Assembly (NCBI RefSeq): GCF_006345805.1 | Contig: NC_043001.1 | Coordinates: forward strand, 124,434,001 to 124,498,000 | DNA length: 64,000 nucleotides | Direction of reading: 5' to 3' | Source: Octopus sinensis | Lineage: Eukaryota | Shown here: one piece after another, positions 12,572 to 25,649 of the stretch | Numbering within the stretch: position 1 is the stretch's first letter | Layout of the letters: each line of letters begins with the position of its first letter | The notes under the pieces: model-generated | Databases searched by the model: none | What the model saw: only the letters and a program-made list of their open reading frames with translations | What the model was told of the DNA's origin: nothing | Made by a program: the position numbers and the translations under genes

Positions 12572-12640
12572 TCCCACTGATGAAATTTGCCTTCAGCGAA
12601 TATTTTTTTGCTGGAAATAGTTAGAAAACATGGTCTGGGA
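12572..12640 (+). ncRNA. Type I hammerhead, slightly degenerate
   Basis: UCCCA-CUGAUGA-AAUU...AGUU-A-GAAA-ACAUG-GUC-UGGGA; near-palindromic stem III. Confidence 0.65.
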
Positions 12641-13959
12641 AATAATTGAGATGGTAAACGTTTTTAATTTTCATTACTTTCAAGAATTTATCCTTATTTG
12701 GTGGTTTGAGTTTTCTACGGCTCTTTCTAGCACAAGGCTTTCTCATTTGGAAGCCTCTTATTGTATTTCTATGTGAATAATATATAGTCTAATGACTAAT
12801 TCGTTTTTGTGCTAGGCCACTGGTAATAATAATTTCTTATTACCCTATTGTTATATATATATATGCGTGTATATGTGTGTGTGGATGTATGTGTTTCTTT
12901 GTGTGCGTGTATGTGTGATTGTATTAGCTGAAGAGATACCACAGTTCCAGAGAGTCGCTCTAAATGGAAATTAGATAAGTTTGGCCAGTTGTCATAAGAA
13001 TAGCGGGATGGTTTTGAATGGAATACCTTTGTGGTACAAGTTCAGGATAGGTCTGTGGCTAAACAATAACACAGTATACCAAATTTCATATGAAATATGA
13101 AGTAAGTTGATCTCAGCATTCACGATTATATTATATTTTTAAAATAAGATGTTTGGAAGTTCTGAGCAGAATTGAGTAAAATGTTTGTTATGGAGTCTCT
13201 GTGTGATGAGACGCAGTAAATGTAATACGAGATAGTTAATTCTTGTGGCTGTTGTAACCTTCACCATTTTCTTTCTAAAATTCGTGTTGTTGTTATTTAA
13301 ATGATCATTAAAAATACATAATCTGTTTAAAGGTGATATGTTGAAATTACAAGTTGTTCAATTCCAATGTTATGACAAGATATAGCTATTAGAATCGTGA
13401 CACACAGTATATATACCTTTAGAAGAAAATGATCTCTTCATTGAAGCAGTAACATACGATAACAGAAAATCAGCGAATTTCATGTGGAATTCCGGTGTCG
13501 TTTGTTATATATTTATAATAGAACGAAACGATAAGTTTTGGCGACGAGGTTTCATGTAATGAGTAAGTATAAATAAAGTATTTTCTTTCGAAAGAGTGGG
13601 AAGCTATACAATATAATTAATAAATTTGATCCAGATTATTTTGTTAAACATAGTGACTGATGACTGTCTACCATCGAATGATTATGACATGAGTGAAGTG
13701 AGCATATGCGTAGCATACTATTTCAGAGAATTTGCTGAACAGTAAAAAGGCAGATGGTGATTATTCAAGGAAAATTCTCGTTATATCTATGTAAAGAGAT
13801 GTTTGAGATTCGATTATTCCCTCCAAAATAGACAGAATGTATACAGTAAATTGATGTATGTTAAACGTACTTCATTAAAATGCTGATTCGTGCATTGTAT
13901 GCATTTGATGTCTGATATAAATAGACACACGAATATACGTATATCTACTTTATAAATAT

Positions 13960-14362
13960 AGGCGCAGGAGTGGCTGTGTGGTAAGTAGCTTGCTAACCAA
14001 CCACAGGGTTCCGGGTTCAGTCCCACTGCGTGGCATCTTGGGAAAGTGTCTTCTGCTATAGCCTCGGGCCGGCCAATGCCTTGTGAGTGGATTTAGTAGA
14101 CGGAAACTGAAAGAAACCTGTCGTATATATATGTGTGTGTGTGTATGTGTTTGTGTGTCTGTGTTTGTCCCTCTAGCATTGCTTGACAACCGATGCTGGT
14201 GTGTTTACGTCCCCGTCACTTAGCGGTTCGGCAAAATGAAACGTATAGAATAAGTACTGGGCTTACAAAGAATAAGTCCCGGGGTCGATTTGCTCGACTA
14301 AATGCGGTGCTCCAGCATGGCCGCTGTCAAAATGACTGAAACAAGTAAAAGAGTAAAAGAGT
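13960..14362 (+). mobile_element. tRNA-derived SINE, family B (CORE-like centre, internal TG/TA repeat)
   Basis: Head GGCGCAGGAGTGGCTGTGTGGTAAG, B-box GGGTTCAGTCCC, CTTGGGAAAGTG core-like motif, tail GCGGTGCTCCAGCATGGCCGC...ACTGAAAC; many copies in the window. Confidence 0.88.
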
Positions 14363-14394
14363 ATATATATATATATATATATATATATACTCTT

Positions 14395-15195
14395 TATTCT
14401 TTACTCTTTTATTTGTTTCAATCATTTGACTGTAGCCATACTGGAGCACCGCCTTTAGTCGAGCAAATCTACCCCAGGAATTATTCTTTGTAAGCCTAGT
14501 ATTTATTCTACCGGTCTCTTTTGCTGAACTGCTAAGTTACGGGGAGGTAAACAAACCACCATCAGATGTCAAGCGATGTTGGGGGGAGAAACACAGACAC
14601 ACAAACACACATACATACACACACACACACACATATATATATATACTAGCAGTATCGCCCGGCGTTGCTCAGGTTTGTAAGGGAAATAACTATAAAGCAT
14701 TTTTAGAGAGTTATAGCCAAAAAACAGCAAAAAAATGGAAAAAAATGATGGTAATTTTTTTTTGATAGTTAAAAAAGGTGGAGTTGCGTCCCCTACACAG
14801 TTTGTGGTTTGTGTTCCTGATTCTCGACCCCATGTCGAATTTATCGATTTTTTTCAGAACTGGGGGAACTTTTCAAAATTTTCGCTGCGTTAGTTTTGAA
14901 TTATGACATTGGGAAATGTGTGTGTCAAGTTTCATCAGAATCGGTTGAAAGCCGTGGTCAGGGTGAGGGTACAAGCAAACAGACACACAGAAACACGCAC
15001 AGACAAACTGCCGTTTATATAGAGAGATATATACATATATACGACGGGCTTCTTTCAGTTTCCGCCTACCAAATCTACTCACAAGGCTTTGGTCGACCCG
15101 AGGCTATAGTAGAAGACACCTGCCCAAGGTGCCACGCAGTGGGACTGAACTCAGAAGAATGTGGTTGGTAAGCAAGCCACTTACCGCACAGCCGC
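14395..15195 (-). mobile_element. SINE family B, interrupted by a Helitron
   Basis: Reverse-complement similarity to 13960-14362; tail-to-tail with it. Confidence 0.82.
14646..15027 (-). mobile_element. Non-autonomous Helitron
   Basis: On minus: 5' TC, 3' hairpin (CCTGAGCAACGCCGGG) then CTAG; inserted at A|T without TSD; 3' end shared with 25301-25600. Confidence 0.78.
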
Positions 15196-15482
15196 TCTAT
15201 CTATAGATAGATACATACATACATATGTAAGTATGTATATAAAACATATATATGCTTTTTATATATATGTATACGTATGTATGTATATAGACATACACAT
15301 GTGTATAAGTCTATGTACCCATATACATATGTAAACATGTGTGTATGTCTTTGTATGTATGTATGTATGTATGTATTATGTACGTATGTACGAATGCATG
15401 CACGTATGTATGTGTGCGTATGTATGTATGTATGTATGTATGTATGTATGTATGTATGTATGCATGCATGCATGCATGCTTG

Positions 15483-16030
15483 GTGAGCTAGAAAATGGTG
15501 GAAGGCCAGCACATAATCCGAAAATAAGGTTCAAGGGCTGCCTCAAAATTGCTCTGAGACAGGTAGAAGTTTCAGATATTGATTGGAAGAGAGAGAAAGA
15601 GGTGTGCAAGACCGAAATGGATCGACGAGAAGAGTGCACAGTGGCTGTTCGAAGTTTGGAAGAGAAGGGATGAAGCACGAGAAATACAAGAGAAGGCTTA
15701 GAAAAATTAACCTGTGGGAAGTGAAGGAGTGTTGCTTTTGTGTGTGATTTGTGGGAAGAAATGCTTGAGTCGTGCAGTCCTGATCAACTATCAGAGAACT
15801 CACGGCAATCAACTCCTTGCAAAGTGTGATACGGTTATTGTACACAACTGAACATGTTCAACTTGTGGAATGTTCTGCCTTTCAGTTGGAGGATTGAAAA
15901 GGCATGACAAAAGATTTCATTCTGTGGCACCTGTTCGCGCTGGCAACCAGCATAGCTGTTCTTCATGCAATAGAGTGTGCAAATCTTTGTTCGGACTCAA
16001 GAGTCATACAAGGGAGTCATACATCATCAA
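15483..16030 (+). pseudogene. RTE-clade LINE 3' remnant
   Basis: GELENGGRPAHNPKIRFKGCLK...W and terminal zinc-finger-like CSSCNRVCKSLFGLKSH. Confidence 0.7.
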
Positions 16031-16073
16031 TGACTCATTTCAATGATTCTTTCTGGCAATAAGTTGACAGAAA

Positions 16074-18440
16074 GTGACACCGACATCAGTTTCGGATCAC
16101 AACATAATAGAGCTGTCTATTTTTTGGCCGAAAGTGACCAGAGACATACAGCCTAAAGGAAGCACCCGAAATCTCTCCAATCTGAACTTCCACAAAGCAG
16201 ATTGGAAATCGATCCAAAAAGAGATCCTCAGAGAGGACTGGCCGGAATGTGTCTCCACACCAGACATTGGCATGAAACTAGAATGTTTCATGTCTTCTGT
16301 GCAAGCCGTATGCCAGAAATATGTCCCAGAGCACAAGGCCAAAACAAATAGGAGCAAGATTCCAAGAGACAGGAAGATCCTCATGAGACGACGAAGGTTG
16401 CAAATCGTCTCAACCAACATCCCAAAAGTAGCGAAACGTCCCGCCTAAAAACAACACTGATGGATATCGGAAAAAGGCTGCAACAGTCCTATGTGAAGGA
16501 GAAAGCAGACAAAGAAGCCTGGGTTATAAAAAACATTAAATCAAACCCAAAGGCCTCCTTTCATTACGCGAAAGAAACAGTCTCAGTGCACTAAAAGATA
16601 GGACCCCTCCTCCAAAAGAATGGCACCCTCAAGACAGTAATGGCCAGTTCAAAAGTGTCTTTACCACCCCGTTGGAACACAGACAAGTGAACGAACCAGT
16701 GGACTTCTTTGCCGCCTCACCTATAACCAGCGAGGCGGTTACAATAGAATGTATTGACATTAGCGAAAAAGATGTCCTACTAGCCATAGATGAAGTGGAC
16801 ACAAACTCAGCTGCTGGTCCAGACGGTTTCCCAGCCATCCTCCTCAAAGCGTGTAAGCATGCCCTGGCAAAACCCCTCAAGATTCTCTTCCAGAGCTTTC
16901 TTGCGAATGGCAAACTGCCAAGCAGGCTGAAGGAGGGAATAATATGCCCAATACATAAAGGGGGAAGTAGAGCAGATGCCAAAAACTATAGGCCTATCTC
17001 TCTGACTTCACACATCAGCAAAGTCATGGAAAGGATAGTCAGAAAGAAACTAATCGCATTCCTTGAGGAAAATAACTTGCTGAGTAATACCCAGCATGGT
17101 TTTCGACCAGGTAGGAGCTGCCTGACCCAGCTCTTACAGCATTATGACTGGGTATTGAGGCCGTTACTCAACAAATCAAATGTGGACGTAATCTACCTTG
17201 ATTTTGCAAAAGCTTTTGACAAGGTGGATCATGGTATGATATGCCACAAACTACGTGACCTCGGCATAGCTGGAAAACTTGGAGTGTGGTTGCATGACGT
17301 CCTGAAAGATAGGAGTCAGGCAGTAGTGGTTAATGGAGCCACCTCTATGAACACACAAATAGTGAGCGGTGTTCCACAGGGCACTGTCTTGGGACCACTG
17401 CTTTTTATAGTGGCCCTCTCAGATATGCCCTCAAATGCCCGGATAGCCACTCTGGCCAGCTATGCAGACGATACGAAAGTCTCGCAGAAAATACAGAACC
17501 CCAGCGATGTTGCACACCTGCAGCAGGAGTTGGACTCAATCTACAGATGGGCTGAGGATAATAATATGCAGTTTAATGCTGAAAAATTCTAGGCCCTGCG
17601 CTACCAGCATCCAAAACTGAATATTAAACTTACAGGATACACCGGTCCACAGGGAATTTCAATCCCAGAGCCTAAGTCTGTGAGGGTCCTGGGTATCGAC
17701 ATGAGTGATGATACCTCTTTCCATGTGCACATTACCAGGATGGTGACAAAGTGCAGACGACTGGCTGGGTGGATCCTAAGAACATTCAGAACCAGAGATA
17801 AGGAAACCATGATGATCCTCTGGCGGACATTCGTCCTCAGTCGCCTGGATTACTGCTCACAGCTATGGTCACCCACCAGTGTAAAATTAACAGCAGACCT
17901 TGAAGCAATCCAGAGAAGATTCACAAAGAAGATCGTCTCTTTGCAACAGCTCAGCTACTGGGAAAGTTTGAAACAGCTAAGACTCTACTCCCTGGAGAGA
18001 AGACGGGAGAGGTATGCAGTAATATATGTCTGGAAGATCCTGGAAGGAATTGTGCCAAATTTTGGCATTGTAAGCTACACCAATGCTAGAACGGGACGAC
18101 ACTGCATAGTGCCAAAGATCCCAGCAATGCCATCACGCTTCAGGACCAGCTTCTGCAACAGCCTGGGTTTCAAGGGCCCACAGCTTTTTAATATTCTCCC
18201 AAAGAGTCTGAGGAACTTGCACAAAGTAGATGTAGCGGTTTTTAAATCAAAGCTGGACATCTTCCTGTCAAGAGTCCCAGATGAACGTACCTCACGGCAA
18301 GAGGTGCAAATGAGAGTAGCTGTATCAAACTCCATTCTTCACCAAGTGCCACATATTAGACGAGGTTCGTCGCAATAACAGTGTAGGACAAAACGGCGGT
18401 GCATCAGCATGGCCGCAGCTCTGAGCTGAAACTAAAAAAA
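16074..18440 (+). mobile_element. 5'-truncated CR1/L2-group LINE with RT pseudogene
   Basis: RT motifs GPDG, NYRPISLTS, QHGF, YLDFAKAFDKVDH, GVPQGTVLGPLLF, YADD; ORFs 16672-17592 and 17680-18378 are in one frame split by a single TAG; further disruptions upstream; A-rich tail. Confidence 0.92.
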
Positions 18441-19582
18441 ATATATATATATATATTATTTATGCATGTATGTATACATGTATGTAGGTCATTATTCAGT
18501 TATTTTATCAAGATTTCTTGCCAATATAGCAAGAGCCGGTTTCTAAACTAGATCCAAGCTGCCTTCATTAGAATTTCAACACCACCAGCATAAATAATAT
18601 GGGTGGCTTATTCGCAATTTTACAACATAAAGGCAGAAACATAAATGTCACTAAAGGGACAAAGGGACCTAGCTTGTCAGCCATTAAGACGGTGCTTTAC
18701 GTAGCTATTGAGTTAGTTTGACTCTAATTTCTAGCAATATTAGTGATGATTAGTACCCTTTTGTCACTTTAGTGACGTCTGTACACACACACACACTCAT
18801 CACATTCTGAACGTCTCGCTGGGTCAAAGGATGGTTGATGAAATGGTATCTGGGTCTGATCACGACTACATAGATATCTAAAATAATTAGCGAAAACATG
18901 GTCCATGATATCAGGTCATACTTGCTTGCGGATGACGGCTATGTTTATATTAATGTATTAACAAACTTTTACTTTCCTAATATTTTACATTTTCATTCTT
19001 AATCATATAATTCTTGTATTGGAAATTAAAAATAAAAATTTGTGGAAAATTTGTTCAGGTTTTAATAAAATTAGTTGCCTATGTTTTAATTTGGTGTATG
19101 GAAATATTCTTCAGCAAGAAAGGAGGGGAAATCCTTAATTTAATTAAACAAGTATGTAGATATTTTTTTTAAGAGTACAGCTAATCAGGCTGTAGTTACA
19201 ATTCGAATCCTACCCTCTTTATATACGTTTGGAAAATGTAAGAGCATCACAAGTGTATTACATGCAGTTGTATTATATATTTTATTTGTTCTTTTCTAAA
19301 CGCTGAGTTTTGCGCATTGTTGCTCGCAAAAGTAATGTTGTAGTAAATTCCATGCTGTGTTATTTAATTTTACAAACATGAACAACTGTTCGTGAAAATA
19401 AACATTAGATTGAACAGTGAATATAAACAAAATATAAACAAAGCACTGGTGTGAATTTAAATGAGCACATGTGTTTTCTTGTTAATACCTCAGTGCAGCT
19501 AACACGCCAGTACGTGTTATAAATATGTGTGGTCTGTGTATGTGTATGTGGCTGTGTTTGTGGATATGCAGAGGTGTGTGTG

Positions 19583-19629
<47 letters not shown>

Positions 19630-21684
19630 TATATTATATATATATATATTATATATATATATATATATATATCAACGATTCCTTTGTATTATATGCGTGT
19701 GTGTATTTGTGAACGTGTGTTTGGTGTTTGTATACACACATACATATGAATACATACTGTGCTGTGCGTATATGTCTTTGCCTCTTTCTGTGTCTCTGTA
19801 TATTGTATCATCCAAGCTCAGGGTTTCCTACAAACCGACCATCAGGCGTATATTTTTAATGTAATATATTTAGCATTCAGTTATTACCGAAATCGGCATT
19901 GAGAATGAACACTTTTTTAGGTTTTAAATCTTCAGTGTGTTATTTATCGAAAACTCGTCATTATTTCTTTTTTATATATATATTTTTATCTATTCGTTTT
20001 TTTGTTTTGTTTATGTGTATTAAGCTATATTGCAACGACTTGGAAACGGACATTTCTTTTTTCTGATAACACGCTCATATAGAGAAAGCGGATACTGCGT
20101 AAATTAACAGAAAAAGAAAATATGCAGAAAAGGACACAGAATTACGTCGGCAATTTGGTAAGGTAGAAATTAAAAGATATAGTACGGTGCTGCATTAAAT
20201 ATTTAGGCCGTTTAGTTCCTTCTCCTTAGAGTCTACGTTTGAAAACTGTCAAGGTGAATTTCTAGTATTATGTATCGATGGTCAATAAGATATGTTTGTA
20301 CAAATATATTTCTATAGACCATTACATAAATTCGGCTTTGTTCCAAGTCTAATGATAGTAATATGACACTCGAACATAAAGATTGAGGAGTTGAGAGGGA
20401 AGAGAGACAGGAAGAGGGGATAAAACGAAAGAGAGAAAAATATAGAAATATTTATAAAAAATGTGAGAGAGGTTACCATCATTGTAATATATTTAGTTCG
20501 TAATAATTAGTTTGCATATTTGAAAATAGCGTGTTGTGTTTGCTAATTGCTGTTGGAAAACTAAAGCCATTGCCAAATGAGAAGTTAGATAATAATCATT
20601 TGGAGAAGAACTCATTGAAATGTTTTAAGCCGAATGGAATTAAATTAAAAGAGATAATTGGCATTTATTCAACTGATTCTTTGTTTGTATTTTATTTCTA
20701 ACATATCAACAAATACAGAACGTAGCAATGCTGTAACCATTTCCAAATGTGCTGACTTGCCCGACGTCGTCGGTATCAAGTCTTTTAACCAGCGATTACT
20801 TTAATATTTATTTTACATGAGGGTCGTATCTCAAAGTGCTGTCCCGTAAGTCTGTCCTATCATAACAGCGTATGTACACCCTCTGTATAAACATTTATTG
20901 TTTCCTCTCTGTTGATTTGGCAGGCATGTGAATGACTACGAGGAGGTTTTAATAAGAAAGGAATATGTCTCGATTTCCACTTCATCACATGCTTGTTTGT
21001 AATTTAAACTTACTGGGATTCAAGGTGTGTCAACACATTTCTGTTTCAGTTTGAGCTGTCACTCTTGACATAGTTTAGTTGACTGAAGCAATGTTGAGCA
21101 ATATTTATTTTTCCTCGATACGAGTACAGTCTACATTTGTTAATGTTATCATACTGAGAGCAATGTGTTAGTTTCATTTCCCTAAAGTACATTCTGTTAT
21201 TAACATTTTTAGAGGTTTCAGATATGACATTGTAGTAAATACCACTCTTACGATGATTCTGTATATATCCTGGTGTGTGGTAGCTAATTATGAAGATGTA
21301 AATATATTAAATTGTACGTACCATTTAGCAAACATAACAAAGATAAATGTAGCAGGACAAATGTCTTTTACCATAACTGCGAATAGATCCCAATCTTGTC
21401 TGTGAAACTGGTGAGAGGAGAAACTGCGAATGCTTATCAGATGAATTGTACATGTAATTCGAAGTTGCAAATCATGTTATTAATCATGCCTGGGAATTAC
21501 ATAAGGAGTATACAAGTCTGTGGAGTACTCAGTCATTTACACACTAATCCAACGAGCCGATGGTAGTTCTGTTGATCGAACATATCTATACTGATCGTTG
21601 AATGAAGAACGACGGGATCCATGTACTTTGAACTATGTAGATGTTAGTTGCAGTTTGCTTTCGTAGTCGCTGTTGATGTTGTTG

Positions 21685-21722
<38 letters not shown>

Positions 21723-22122
21723 GTGGTGGTGGTGGTGCTGCTGCTGCTGCCGGAGGCGGCTATAGTTAGACTTGAGTCAAAAGCTGAAAGGGTATATCTA
21801 TAATCAAATGCCTTCTAAAGGGTGACAATATATATTATATCTTTTACTTGTTTTAATTATTGAACTGCAGGTATCTTGGGGCACCGTCCTGATGGGTCCA
21901 GTCGAACAGAGAGACCCGAGAACTTACATTTAAAGCCTGATATTTATACCATCGGTCATTTTTAACGAAATGCTAAGGATGTAAACAAATCAACACCTGT
22001 TCTCAATTTATGAGCATCAAACAGAAAGACACACAAACGTAGATGTGTGTGTGTATGCATGTGTACATGAGTGTATATGTATATATACACACACGTATAT
22101 ACATATATGTATGTATGTGTAT

Positions 22123-22152
<30 letters not shown>

Positions 22153-22153
<1 letters not shown>

Positions 22154-22269
22154 CACGTGATCACGTGACCGACCAGACCATCAGATGTTTTACACATCGC
22201 TGGTCACAATGCGTTCGCATTGTTTTAGCCTTCGAATGACGCCACCCCGCTGGCTAAGCGAGCAGGCCA

Positions 22270-22270
<1 letters not shown>
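22153..22270 (-). mobile_element. 3' tail of the SINE family C subtype ending in CACGTGATCACGTGAT, inside (TA)n
   Basis: Reverse complement of ~59446-59565. Confidence 0.82.
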
Positions 22271-22301
<31 letters not shown>

Positions 22302-22449
22302 TATATATATATTTGTATAATGCCTTTACTGTTATGTAATGGTGTAATAAAGTATTGATTGGGTATCATCTGATGGTTGATGTTTGATTGATTTAAGTAT
22401 GTTTCTCCATTTTCTAATTTTGTAGTATTATATATATATATATATATAA

Positions 22450-22780
22450 CAATTAAGGATAATTTCCTACTAAGGAATCTTAACAAGAAATTATCAGGTA
22501 GATAGCGTGAAAAACCTCATAAGAGAAAAATTTCGAAAATAATTCTTTCTTATTGAACATATTAATTTATATATAGAGGACATTATTATACATACATGCC
22601 ACACGCTACGAGGGACATTAGTCATTTCTACCAAAAATTTTACTAATCCTACCCAATGCAATTTTTTCAAAGCAAGACATGTCTTGCTTTGAAAAAATTG
22701 CATTGGGTAGGATTAGTAAAATTTTTGGTAGAAATGACTAATGTCCTTCGTAGCGTGTGGCATGTATGTATAATAATGCC

Positions 22781-22784
<4 letters not shown>
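22450..22784. repeat. (TA)n-inserted element ending in a spacerless ~200-bp palindrome (22581-22778)
   Basis: 99-bp arms with one mismatch, centred on GACATGTC; terminal motif shared with elements at ~47625 and ~60505. Confidence 0.85.
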
Positions 22785-22860
<76 letters not shown>

Positions 22861-22916
22861 GCTCTATATATATATATATTATATATATATATATATAATA
22901 TATATATATATATGTG

Positions 22917-23784
22917 CGAGATGTATTCAACATTATCCAACTGTATATTTTACCACCAAAACTAAAACCGTGTGGGAAAAATCCGTTGGGTTGAAGGTGA
23001 CACCACGTTTCTCGCGTCAGTTCCCGGCTGTGAGCATAGGATGTATTATGCGCTCGTCAGACTTTCATTTCCACACAAGATAACCGAGCGCATTCAGCAG
23101 AGACTATCAACCCACGTCTCATCTGTAGTGATGACTAAATTCATGAAATCTAGGTCGCAGTTTGTACAGTCCAGCATGTCCTGAACGATTTCCACGCGGA
23201 CTTGCTTCTGCTGCTCTGCCAGTAACGTAGAAACGAATTTCACCTACACTCTCCACATAAACAAATGCTCCGTTAAAATGGATTGCACTAATCTTTATTC
23301 CCACTTCGTGGGCAATTTCCAGGATGGTTGCATAACGTTCTTCCATGACTATTCGATGAACTTCCGCAATCGGCTCCTAGTTTCGGCTTCGAGGTGGCCT
23401 ACCTGAACGTGCTTCACTCTCAACTAAGATACAGCCATGTCTGAAACGGCTGTACCACTCCTTGATCTGGGTTTTGTCCATAGCGTCATTAACAACAGTC
23501 AGCAGAATATTCTGAATGGTTTCAGCTCGAGTATCACGAAGCTTTTGGCACAACTTGATGCAGTGTATCTGCTCGATGCTTTATTAGAATTGATAATTCA
23601 ATAAGTGTGCACTACATATCTTTACTCTAGACGAAACAACTGGAAAGTGACGCGGCCTACCTACGCGAAAAATTTCGGGATTGCTCAGGCAGAGTGGTGT
23701 TACATTCTACACAAAGGATTTTCTCCACGCAGCATTAGTTTGGGCGGGAAAAAATATGGACTGATACTCTTTGAACGTACCTCG
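22917..23784 (-). mobile_element. Internally deleted mariner element
   Basis: Ends CGAGGTACGTTCAA / CGAGATGTATTCAA (degenerate TIRs), TA flank; minus-strand KTQIKEWYSRFRHG...ESEARSGRP mariner HTH. Confidence 0.8.
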
Positions 23785-23823
23785 TATATGTGTGTGTGTC
23801 TGCGTGTGTGTATGTATGTATGG

Positions 23824-23895
<72 letters not shown>

Positions 23896-24680
23896 TTCGA
23901 AACGCAGAGTAGATGAAACCATAGCGACTGAAGAAGGGGAATTTTCCTTGTGTTATTTGTCCTGTACTCTATTTTTTCGTTGTTTAAGAAAAATGTCCAG
24001 TTCCTTGGTGTTGTGTTTATGTTTTCGTTTCTTATTGTGTTCGACGATTTTTTGGTGTCCTGTACCCATATATGCCTGTATATATACATATAGAGGTAGG
24101 TATGTACATATATGTATGTATATATGCATATGTTTTATTTATTAATTTATTATATATATATATGTATGTATATACGACGGGCTTATTTCAGTTTCGGTCA
24201 GCCAAATCCACTCACAAGATTTTGGTCGGCCTGGGGCTATAGTAGAAGACACTTGCCCAAGATGCTACAAAGTAGCACTGAACCCAAGACTACATGTTTG
24301 TGAAGTAACATTCTTAATCACACAGCGACGCCTGTACCTACCTAGTCTAGTACTACATCAGCCAGTGTATCCTTCGTTAGGATGCGGTATGAGAGGAACT
24401 TGGCAGCTAATTCTAACAAAACAAGAGATGATTCAGCGACTGTTACGCAGTATGTGTGTCATTTTCAACCCACATTATTATCAACATCAGTTAATATTCA
24501 ATAGATTCGAGTAACTTGCTTCTCTAGAGGAATAAAAACAGGAGCTGGTTTCTATTACGATCGAAATTGAACAGTGTAAATTTCCACTTGTATTGTTCTA
24601 CGATCAATTTTGAAATTCTGCCCATTTCACAATTCTAATCACGCCAACAGATACAGGCGAGTATAGAAAAATTATGATTT

Positions 24681-24686
24681 ATTATT

Positions 24687-24718
<32 letters not shown>

Positions 24719-24726
24719 TATCATCA

Positions 24727-24775
<49 letters not shown>

Positions 24776-24922
24776 TACTACTACTATTATTATTATTACT
24801 ATTACTATTACTACTACTATTACTATTACTATTACTACTACTACTACTACTACTATTATTACTGCTACTATTACTACTACTACTACTACTACTATTATTA
24901 CTACTACTACTTCTACTACTAC

Positions 24923-24997
<75 letters not shown>
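24681..24997. repeat. Compound (CAT)n/(TAT)n/(TAC)n microsatellite
   Basis: Trinucleotide runs; explain the poly-Y/N/S ORFs. Confidence 0.95.
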
Positions 24998-24998
<1 letters not shown>

Positions 24999-25300
24999 TT
25001 TGTTTTGAAGCCAACAGAATTCTGTTTCTGAACCTGAAATATTGGGAAAATATTGAGAATAAAGCCAACTCAACTAATTGATAAACATCATTAGGTTATA
25101 TTTTTTTTATCTGGAATATCACTTAACCAGAGCTGTTTTCCAATTGACACTTGTGTATTAACTTTAACGACTCCTTTTTCCTGAGATTGCTGCTTACATC
25201 ACGACTTCGATTAAAATTCCTTACTTTTCGTCATTCACACGAAATCGAACAATGCGTACACAGCGGCAGTTCCATCCTTCTTTCGTACGAATATCTTTTA

Positions 25301-25600
25301 CTAGCAGTATCGCCCAGCGTTGCTCGGGTTTGTAAGGGAAATAAGTATATAAGCATTTTTAGAAAGTTACTTCCCTTATATAACCCGAGCAAAAATCATT
25401 AAAAATGCGGAAAAATGATGGTAATTTTTTTTTAAATCGTAGACTCATCGTAGACGCGCGCTAGTACCCAGAAAGGTTCGATATGAATGACGACTATAAG
25501 ATACCCGCTTTTGGTTAAACTGCACCACAAAATGTGGAAGTAGTTAGGAATCTAAATCGTAGGAGACAGAGTCTCACACATACAACTTTATATATAAAGA
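25301..25600 (-). mobile_element. Non-autonomous Helitron
   Basis: On minus: TCTTTATATAT start, CCCGAGCAACGCTGGG hairpin plus CTAG end, A|T insertion site. Confidence 0.8.
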
Positions 25601-25649
25601 TGTGGTTCAGTCATTAGACTGCGGCCATGCTGGGGTACTGCCTTAATCG

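Larger units (their letters stand above)
12030..12853 (+). mobile_element. Diverged partial tandem repeat (period ~445 bp) with a short 5' inversion, pLTR-like
   Basis: 12085-12402 repeated at ~12526-12853; 12033-12078 is an inverted copy of 12480-12526; ends at a TA tract; each copy has a hammerhead motif. Confidence 0.75.
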
